Below are positions 56,598-64,000 of a DNA stretch of 64,000 nucleotides, piece after piece. The position numbers and the translations under genes are program-made. Under the pieces are notes generated by a model. It saw only the letters and a program-made list of their open reading frames with translations. It was not told the origin of the DNA and ran no database searches. Numbering within the stretch: position 1 is the stretch's first letter; every line of letters starts with the position of its first letter. Location: assembly GCA_965222375.1 (NCBI GenBank), contig CBDCTZ010000016.1:1984001-2048000 (forward strand). The letters run 5' to 3'. This DNA is from Polyangiaceae bacterium. Lineage in GTDB: Bacteria; Myxococcota_A; Polyangia; Polyangiales; Polyangiaceae.

Positions 56598-58289
56598 CTA
56601 GTCTGCGGGCGCTTCGCTTCCCATACTAAGCAGCTCGCGCAAGCTGACGGCGGCGAGTTCCTCCAGGCCGAACTTGTCGGCGTACGCTCGCAGCACTTCT
56701 CGGGGGCAATGAGCGGAAAGAGCACAGTCCGCAACGTGAGGGCAGGCCACGGCAGACGCGACGAAGGCGTCATGCTGTTCTGCCGCCTCGGAGTGCGAGT
56801 AGGCGCCTTCGGTGTATTCGCGCCCGGGCAGCCCGCGCATTTGCGCGCTGTGCGCCAAGAAGGCGTCCAAGCCGTGGCCACCCTGCGCCAAGCGACGCGA
56901 CGTGACGCACGCGGGTAGGCCATCAACGAAGACCGCAGCGTCTGTGGTGATCGTAGACTTCGCGATTTCGGAGAAACTGGCGGCGCATTCTCCAAACCGG
57001 TCTGTTGGCAACTCGCTGGATGGGTACGGCGTCGCAATGCGCAGCCGGAGTCCCCTTCGCGTCGCGAAATCCTGTAATTGCTGTAGTCCGCCGAGGTTGC
57101 CTCGAACGGCGACGCTGCTCAGCGTCACGCGGACGCTCGGAAGCGTGCCAAGCACGTCCAACGCGCGCAGGACGCGTGCGTGACTCCCACTCGTGCCCGT
57201 GACGCGATCGTGTACCGCGGCGGCGGCAGCGTAGAGGGGAACGAAGACTTCCGTTTCGGGGAGCGCTGCAAAGAGCTGCTGGGCAAAGCCTGCATCTTCC
57301 AGGCGGGTGCAAGGTGAATACAGAGCAACCTCGCGAAAACCCAGTCGGGTGATGCTTTGAGCTAGGTCGAGGATGCCGTCGAGGGCCAAGGGGTCGTAGC
57401 CGTTCAAGCGCAGTTTTCGAATGCCCTGCGCTGCGGCGTTTTCCAGGTCCCGCAACAATGCGGTGGTCGGCAGTTCGTGAGACGCCCACGCTGGGGATAG
57501 GTCCTTCACCGAACAGAACGTGCATGCTTGCCCGCATTCCGCGTCGATAGCCAAGTTCAGCCACTCGGAGCTGCCCCTGACCACGGGTAGCTGGTGCGTG
57601 GTGGGGGCCAGGGCGTTCGCTTCCGGGAAATGCACGCGCAAGTTTGGGCCGTCTCGCAGGCTGAGATGGGTAGCCAGCCAGGTAACCAGAAGTTCCGCCT
57701 GCGCGGGGACTTCGCCCCGATTGGTCAAGTAGGAAATGGAAAAATGGCTGGTCTGAGCGAAGCTGCGAGCGGCGCTCTTCGCCGCAATTTCGACGCGCAA
57801 GGTGCTGCCCGTGTCGTGTTCGAAGTTCAGCTCCAAGGCCAGCTGCATCGCTGCGGTCGCCCGCGACGATGGCACCACGCCCTTTAGCCTCCAACCGAAG
57901 GGCGCCGGCGCCGTCAAAGTAAGCTCAGGCCCGAGTAACTCGAGCAAGCTCTGGGGGGACAGCTCCATTTCCGTCCCAGCTTTCGGTCCGTAGAACAGCA
58001 GCGAAGTCAGGGGTGCATCCTCGGCGTCCAGAGCGTCTTCGATCTCTTGCGCCAAACCACCCGCGAGGGAGAGCAGGGCGGCATGTTCCGCGGCTTCCAA
58101 CTGCTCCGGGGCCGAGAGGCGCGCGCTGACCCGCGTGCCGCAAATCGCGTCACCCCCCACTCCCGGGGTGCGCACGGTGATGCGCTGGCGCTTCCCAGCC
58201 TCGGAGCAGAACTCGAAGTTCAGAACGTCCGCCCGGCCCGCCACCTGCAGTAGCACCCAACCAGGGGTGGGCTCGAGCTTGGTCAGCAC
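56598..58289 (-). CDS. Radical SAM protein with two N-terminal recurring domains
   Basis: CGQACTFC, NGYDP, HDRVTG..GSH, GLPAC, CPHVADCALSAHC; GTG start overlapping the upstream TAG at 58289. Confidence 0.82.
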   Translation of the reverse strand: MLTKLEPTPGWVLLQVAGRADVLNFEFCSEAGKRQRITVRTPGVGGDAICGTRVSARLSAPEQLEAAEHAALLSLAGGLAQEIEDALDAEDAPLTSLLFYGPKAGTEMELSPQSLLELLGPELTLTAPAPFGWRLKGVVPSSRATAAMQLALELNFEHDTGSTLRVEIAAKSAARSFAQTSHFSISYLTNRGEVPAQAELLVTWLATHLSLRDGPNLRVHFPEANALAPTTHQLPVVRGSSEWLNLAIDAECGQACTFCSVKDLSPAWASHELPTTALLRDLENAAAQGIRKLRLNGYDPLALDGILDLAQSITRLGFREVALYSPCTRLEDAGFAQQLFAALPETEVFVPLYAAAAAVHDRVTGTSGSHARVLRALDVLGTLPSVRVTLSSVAVRGNLGGLQQLQDFATRRGLRLRIATPYPSSELPTDRFGECAASFSEIAKSTITTDAAVFVDGLPACVTSRRLAQGGHGLDAFLAHSAQMRGLPGREYTEGAYSHSEAAEQHDAFVASAVACPHVADCALSAHCPREVLRAYADKFGLEELAAVSLRELLSMGSEAPAD

Positions 58290-59938
58290 TAGCGTTGTCC
58301 CCGAATCGCGCTGGAGAGTCCACCGCGTGCCGCTCGCCAAATGTCTTCCGCCACGGCCAAAGACAGTTCCGCGCGCTGCCTCAAGCCTTCGAAACGGGAC
58401 TTGTCCGTGCCGGCAAGAAGCCTTTCGCACTCCGCTGTCCGCTGGCGACAGCGCGCCAAGAGCTCGCTTCGTCTGACGCCCACGGCGCGCTCGAAGTCGT
58501 CCGGTGTACTTAGATGTTCCCAGACTTCGCGGCACACCTGTGGCAAGTCTTCTTCGTAAAAATCGACCAGGGGCAGCAGTGCGTCTTTACGCCCCGCATT
58601 CTTGCAGCGGCGCAGAGTCGGCTCCGCGAGAGCGCCGAGCTCCGAGATCTGTGCGACGGGCATGCGATGGGTCAGCAAGACGTGTACGGACATGTCGTGT
58701 CCAACGACGGCGAGGTGTTCACACCAGAAACGATTCGGGACCCGCAGCGCGAGCTTGCGTGCGTGCCTGGCGTAGAATGCCGCGGCCCCGACATTGATGC
58801 CGATGCTGCCCTCGACATAGAGATCCAGCCAGCTGCGCGGGTCGACGCGGTAATCATCCACGGGCATCAGCCGAGCGCGAAAGCCGGTGTTCAGCACGTC
58901 CATTTCGACGAGTAGCCGGCGGAGAGTTTCCGGGGTCGGTACTGTGCGCACCAGGCCGTCCTCTTCCACAAAGTAGCCCAGAGCGCGAAGGTAGTCCGAA
59001 AGAACGCGTCGCTGTAGGAAAGGCTCCGGCGCCGCAAGAAAGTAACTCGGCCCTGTGGCGAGCCGGGAAGGTATGGGTGCGAACAGGACGCGGAGCGCCG
59101 AGCGTGGCGCTTCGAAATACTCCGCGTGACACCGGGCTCCGAAATACTCGCTGGCCGCTGTGAGGGTGGGCTGCAGTAGCGAAAGTTCCTTGCTCAGCGC
59201 TTCGTCGTCGGGAGCTTCCACCCTTCGGAGTTTGCGTTGCGGGCTCCACGGCCCGGAGTTGGATGAGGTACGCGACGGAAAAGACAGCTGAGTTTCGCGC
59301 AGGGTCAGCGCCAGGGCACAAAGCTGAGCTAGGGCGCACAGCTCTGGTCTGGCCTCGTCCTCTTCCGGGCCGAGGGTCTGCATGGATATCGAGAGCCTGT
59401 CGGATCGCAGCATCGCGCGCCGGGCGTGACCCCGTGCGATGCCGAGAAGTACGCGGCAGCGGGAGCCTTTCGCTCCGAACTCGATCGTCAGCACGTCGCC
59501 AGACCGAAATACGTCGGAGATTTCGGAGCCCTTTGGCAGGTCCGTGGTCATCATTTCAGCGAGCAGGGCGCGCACGCCCTTTGGGGCAAAGTCGAATTTC
59601 CGATCACCCGGGCAGCCGGCGAGCCCCTGGGGGAATCGTGCGGTGTCGGTTTGGGTCAGCCAATCGTCGACACTGCTGCCAACGACTTGCATCAGTTCGG
59701 CAGCGTTCGCACGATGCTCCAAGTTGCCAGTTGGCAGCTCGGCCTCGTAGAACAAAGACACGTGCCTCAGCCGCGCTATCTGCCGATCTAGCGAGGTCGC
59801 GGGCATCACGATCACTTTCACGTGACCGGCCCCGTCCGTGGCGTCATAGCGCAACACGAGTCGGTCCGAACCGTCCTGCCGCACGCCAGCCAGGCGAAAG
59901 CCGTCAGATGCGAAGGGGATCCCAAGCAGTGTAGACAT
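58289..59938 (-). CDS. Hypothetical protein: two recurring domains + C-terminal domain with HDxxxH motif
   Basis: 549-aa ORF with coding-like codon usage, coupled to the downstream rSAM; GHDMSVH. Confidence 0.65.
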   Translation of the reverse strand: MSTLLGIPFASDGFRLAGVRQDGSDRLVLRYDATDGAGHVKVIVMPATSLDRQIARLRHVSLFYEAELPTGNLEHRANAAELMQVVGSSVDDWLTQTDTARFPQGLAGCPGDRKFDFAPKGVRALLAEMMTTDLPKGSEISDVFRSGDVLTIEFGAKGSRCRVLLGIARGHARRAMLRSDRLSISMQTLGPEEDEARPELCALAQLCALALTLRETQLSFPSRTSSNSGPWSPQRKLRRVEAPDDEALSKELSLLQPTLTAASEYFGARCHAEYFEAPRSALRVLFAPIPSRLATGPSYFLAAPEPFLQRRVLSDYLRALGYFVEEDGLVRTVPTPETLRRLLVEMDVLNTGFRARLMPVDDYRVDPRSWLDLYVEGSIGINVGAAAFYARHARKLALRVPNRFWCEHLAVVGHDMSVHVLLTHRMPVAQISELGALAEPTLRRCKNAGRKDALLPLVDFYEEDLPQVCREVWEHLSTPDDFERAVGVRRSELLARCRQRTAECERLLAGTDKSRFEGLRQRAELSLAVAEDIWRAARGGLSSAIRGQR

Positions 59939-60132
59939 CCCGGGATCCGAGTGTAGCAGGTTGTCGATCGCGTCACATTCGGGGAGCTAGAGGAGTCCGA
60001 CGGCGGCAATGCCGATCTGATCCGAACTGACCCAAGGCACGACAGCGACGTTGCGCTCTTCCAGTATGCCTGTGCCGAAAGCGCACGGATTGTCAGCGCA
60101 GCGTCAGTGTCCCGTCACCGCTTGGCTCGTTT

Positions 60133-60378
60133 TCAAGCGTGCCGTCGCTGCTGCGCGTCAGCTTCGTCCCGCTTCACTACGCGGTTGCCAAACTCCGGGG
60201 GTGGTGCCGTGTGCACCGGTGTTTCCTCCGCTTTGGGCCCTCCGCCGCTGATGGGGTTCGCGGGTTTCGGTGGTGGCGGGCGAGGTGGCGGAGGAGCCGC
60301 GCAGGCGACGGCCACTAGCGCGGAGCTGCTCGCCGCCACGATGCTCGTGAGCCAGCCTTGTCGCCGCGTGACGTCCAT
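60133..60378 (-). CDS. Small Pro-rich putative lipoprotein (81 aa)
   Basis: GGAG RBS then MDVTRRQGW...ALVAVAC-AAPPPPRPPPPKP; 26 bp downstream of a co-oriented rSAM. Confidence 0.55.
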   Translation of the reverse strand: MDVTRRQGWLTSIVAASSSALVAVACAAPPPPRPPPPKPANPISGGGPKAEETPVHTAPPPEFGNRVVKRDEADAQQRRHA

Positions 60379-60404
60379 GGGGTCTCCTTGGCCTACTCTG
60401 AAAG

Positions 60405-61424
60405 CTACTCGGCAGCGCTCCGGAGCACCGGAGCGAACTCGTCCCAGCCAAACCGCACTAGGTAGTTCTTCCAAACGCCTTCACACTGGGATTCGTAGCG
60501 GCAGTCGGCGCACTCGCCGCGCTTCTCGCGTTCTGCGTCGTCCAGGTCCGAGCGCATCACCATCAGCAGCTTCTTGCCCCCACCCTCTCCGCGACGCTCG
60601 ACCTTCTTGTCTACCGGCAACTCGACTCGACTCTCTAGATCGTAGTGCCGGTACTTCTCGACGTAACCGCGGTTGAAGTCCGGGATTTGCTCGGTCGTGC
60701 ACAGGGGGATGTCCACGAGAAATGCCATCGGCTGCGGCTCTCGCAAGCTGTCGAGGCAGCGCCGGAATTTGGCTGCGGTTTCCGTATATGAAGCGAAAAG
60801 CTGTTCGAAGTAGGTATGCGCCCGGCCGTTGGCTTGCATGACATTGAAGACCACCTGGTCCACTCCCTGGCTGCGCAAGAAGCTGTAGATCTCTGCCATA
60901 TGAGGCAGGTTGCGCTTGGTCAGCACCGTTGAAGTGTGCAACTCCACGCCGTAGGGTTTGAGTCGCGCGGCGCTCTTCAGGCCTCCGACGGTTTGCTCGA
61001 AGCTGCCGGGGGTGCGAGTCAGCCCCTCGTGGAGCGCCTTTTCATGACCGTGGATTGAAATGTAGACGCGGTTTAACCCACGTTTGGCCAGAGCCGCCGT
61101 GTAGGGCAGGTGACTCATCCGCCGGCCGTTGCTCATCACACTGATGAGCCGGTATCCGAGTTCCTTCGCCCAGCCTACGAACATCGGGAAGTCATCGCGC
61201 GTGGTGGGTTCCCCACTCGTGAAGCAGACTTCCTCGTAGCCTCTGTGTTGCTCCAGCACCCAGCGGACCCGCTCGGGGGTCATGGCGGAGTTGTTGATGT
61301 AGCGACCCTCGCGGTCCTCCTCCATACAGAAGATGCAGTTGTTGTTGCACACGGCCCCAATCGGAACGTGGAGCCGCTCTGCGCGCTTCTCGATGCGCTT
61401 GGCGATGTCGCGCTCGCTAGCCAC
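60405..61424 (-). CDS. Radical SAM protein (HxsC-like) with C-terminal Cys cluster
   Basis: CNNNCIFC, TSGEPT, SNGRR, SIHGH..LHEGLTRTPGSF, DIPLC, CADCRYESQCEG; GTG start 61424 assumed. Confidence 0.9.
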   Translation of the reverse strand: MASERDIAKRIEKRAERLHVPIGAVCNNNCIFCMEEDREGRYINNSAMTPERVRWVLEQHRGYEEVCFTSGEPTTRDDFPMFVGWAKELGYRLISVMSNGRRMSHLPYTAALAKRGLNRVYISIHGHEKALHEGLTRTPGSFEQTVGGLKSAARLKPYGVELHTSTVLTKRNLPHMAEIYSFLRSQGVDQVVFNVMQANGRAHTYFEQLFASYTETAAKFRRCLDSLREPQPMAFLVDIPLCTTEQIPDFNRGYVEKYRHYDLESRVELPVDKKVERRGEGGGKKLLMVMRSDLDDAEREKRGECADCRYESQCEGVWKNYLVRFGWDEFAPVLRSAAE

Positions 61425-61708
61425 CAAGAAACAATGGTTGTGGCCTGAGCCAGGGCGGTCAAGCCGACGCCAAAACGCCGCCGTTTTGTCCCCGAACCCC
61501 GGTGGCGTTGTGAGGAGACGTTGCAGCGTCCCGCCGCCACCGGCTCGGCAGCGAGGGGAGAGGCAGCTGCGGCGCCTCCAAGGCCGGCGAAGAAGAAACA
61601 CGCCGCCCTCGACACCGCTGGCACGATCCTGGCTCTGGTCTCCGGCTGCCAACCCGATTTGGCCCATTTCGCCGCGCCACCCCCACGGAAGGCGCGTACT
61701 GGTTTCGT

Positions 61709-64000
61709 TTGTCCGGCAAGGGTCCCGAAAAATCTGCGCGTTCTGCCCGGGTCGGCTTCGCCACGTCCCTTCAGGGCCGGTTTGTTCTTCTGCTGATGTT
61801 GATGGGCCTCGTGTCCGTCGGCTCCTGGATTGTCACCGCCCAGGTCGACGCCGAACTCGATGGATTCGCCAAGCAGATCGACGTAGCAGGATCCCTAAGA
61901 TACCGGCTGCTCAGGCTCGCCGCCCAACGGGCGACGCGTTCGGCAGCGAACGACGCTGCAGCGGCGCGCCTGATCAGCGAGCAGCGCCGAGTCCTGGACG
62001 ATCTGTTGGAAGGCGACCCCGCGACCGGATTGCCTGCCTGCGGCTCGCCACTGATTTGCACGCGTCTTCGAGAGCACAAGAAGCGCCTCTCTCACCTCGC
62101 GGTTGCCGGCTGGAAGACCGACGCTGCTTCGGGGCTTCCAGCTCCCATCGTGGCAGAACTAGAGAGCTTGGATGCGACGGTGCATGAGATCGCCACGGAA
62201 GTGCAGACTCGCGTCGATCGTGTGGCGCTGACTTCTCGCTTGTCCGCCGTGTCCACACTGCTCCTCCTGGGGCTGAGTGGCTTCGGAGTCTGGACGGTGT
62301 TTCGCCGCATCGGCAGGGTCAGTGCGGCTGCTGGGCAAGCTTCCAGCTCAGAGCTTTCCCGCATCGCCCGGGGAACGGACGAGGTCGCGAACCTCGCGGA
62401 AGTCCTTGCTTCGACCCTTGGTGGACTTGAAGCAGCGGGGGCTCGCTGACCGTGAGCGCGCCGCCAACATGGAGAAGCTCCAAGCCGCCGCCAAAGTACT
62501 CGCTGAGAGCCTGGACGCGTGGCTTTCCACGGACGGCGGCCGACGGATGACCCTGGGTGAGCTCGTGGCAAGCCTAGGGATCAAGGGCGCCTGGGTGGAC
62601 CGTCGGGCGGATGCAGGCGGTTTCGAAGTCGTCGCCACCGAGAACATCGGATTCGAGGAATGGCGCCGCATCGCTGAAGCGCGCTACGGCAGGTCGGAGC
62701 GGCATGGAACGGGCCTGGCCTTCTCCGGTGGTGGCGAGCAGGGCCTCGCCGCGGTGTTGTCTCTCGGCTTTCAAGACGAACACATCGGTCACCTGGGGCT
62801 GTTGGCGGACGACATGGTCGAGCTCAGCTTGGAGCAAAACGCCGTGGTGGAAACCATGGCACAGAATCTGAGCGTCTCACTGCTTGCGCAGCGCCTGCTC
62901 AGTGAACGCCACCACCGCGAGTCTATTGCTGCGTCCCTGGCCGTGATCACGGACTTGGAGCACTCAGGTGCCGAGATCGGACGGCACCTGCGCCAGCTCG
63001 TTCCCCACGACGTGATGGAGATCGCGGTCCTGGGTCATACCGGTAAGGTGGATACGGTCTGGCGTGTCGATGCAAGTGGATCCGTTGCTCGACCCCCGCC
63101 GGTCTTCCTGGAAGTACCGCGAGAGCCCACCGAAGCGTCCTTGGATGCGGCCTTCCCGTTGCTTCAGGACACTCAGGCGCGCTGGGTACTGGTGGTGCCG
63201 CTTTCCGCAGGGGATCGCGTGGAAGGCGCGGTCGTGTTCGGGCGAGAAAGCGAGCGGTACTCTCCTCGCGAAATGTCCGCAGCTGTCGCCCTCGCACCCT
63301 TGCTCTCCACCGCGGTCGCCCGCATGCGCTTGGAAGAGCAACTCAAGCTGTCGGAACAGTTCTCGGCCCTCGGCGGATTCTCGCGCATGTTGGCTCATGA
63401 AGTGCGAAACCCACTTAACAGCATGTCCCTTCACGCCCAGCTGTTGGACAGAAAACTGCGCAAGCTGCCCCTGCACGCAGACCAGGAACTAGCCCTGAAG
63501 GATCATCTCGGTTTGCTGAAAGGGGACATGCAGCGACTCGAAGATGTCGTCAGCGACTTCGTGTCTCTGGCTGCGGGGGACGCCGCCCACAGCTCCGAGC
63601 CCCTGGATCTTCGAGGCTTGGTGCAAGAGGTCATGGACGTGCATGCGCCCAGCTTTGATGAACGCGAAATCCAGGTCCACGCCGAGTTGGGAGAAGACCC
63701 CGTGGTCGTGCGCGTGCATTCGGAGCGTATCCAGCAGATCCTGCACAACCTGATCAAGAACGCCATCGACGCCCTTGCTGACGCCAGGAATCGCTCCCTG
63801 CGTATCGCGATCCAAAGAAAGGACGCTAGCGTCGAGGTGCGCGTGCGCGACTCTGGCCCCGGCCTCGCGGACACCAACATCGTGTTTTCGCCGAACTACT
63901 CGACCAAAGCCGGCGGCGGAGGCATGGGCCTGGCAATCAGCCGACAAATCGCACGGCTCCACGCGGGATACCTCGGCGCGGAGAAGCCCGAGAGCGGTGG
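61709..64000 (+). pseudogene. NarX-like sensor histidine kinase (P-box sensor, HAMP, GAF-like, HisKA, HATPase) split by a +1 frameshift; runs off window
   Basis: 61709-62449: TM, QIDVAGSLRYR, TM, DEVANLA. Reading continues in another frame from 62442 (LADRERAANMEK...LAHEVRNPL...NLIKNAIDA...DSGPG...STKAGGGGMGLAIS). Break at G5 62437-62441. Confidence 0.75.

Noticed and set aside
33000..61700. HxsA-type His-Xaa-Ser repeat precursor
   Set aside because: No HxS-repeat run seen in the ORF track or in the intergenic gaps I read; ORFs under 60 aa were not checked exhaustively.
1..64000. tRNA/rRNA genes, transposases, integrases, prophage genes
   Set aside because: None recognisable in the sequence.

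Overview
High-GC bacterial window, most likely Myxococcota (Polyangiales-like), judged from a MYXO-CTERM protein, PEGA/TPR and Cys-rich lipoproteins, tandem Uma2 genes and an ECF-FecR-TPR module. (1) 1-17.3 kb is a defence-like region: a toxin-antitoxin pair, two Uma2 nucleases, a type I-G(I-U)-like cas4-cas1 fusion with cas2, a leader, and a 127-repeat CRISPR array counted by hand (4562-13766). No interference genes are visible in the window. An EEP nuclease and an AAA_14/DUF4143 ATPase follow. The repeat's last base switches cleanly from G (repeats 1-49) to C (repeats 50-127), and most spacers I checked read antisense to coding sequence. (2) 17-33 kb is mostly housekeeping (ctaA, prmC, PMM/PGM, pilD, grxC, a ClpB-like protein with a degenerate NBD1). 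(3) 20-61.4 kb holds a dispersed radical-SAM system related to His-Xaa-Ser (Hxs) systems: 8 rSAM genes with 11 rSAM domains (three double-rSAM fusions), two HxsD-like genes, a flavin halogenase, three methyltransferases, a DUF483-like protein and an lspA paralogue. An unnamed ~90-aa domain appears to recur about 7 times in 5 of these genes, and no HxsA-type precursor is visible. This is the best candidate for an undescribed system. (4) At the right end, a NarX-like histidine kinase is split by a frameshift in a G5 run. All family assignments come from motif recognition by eye; no searches were run.
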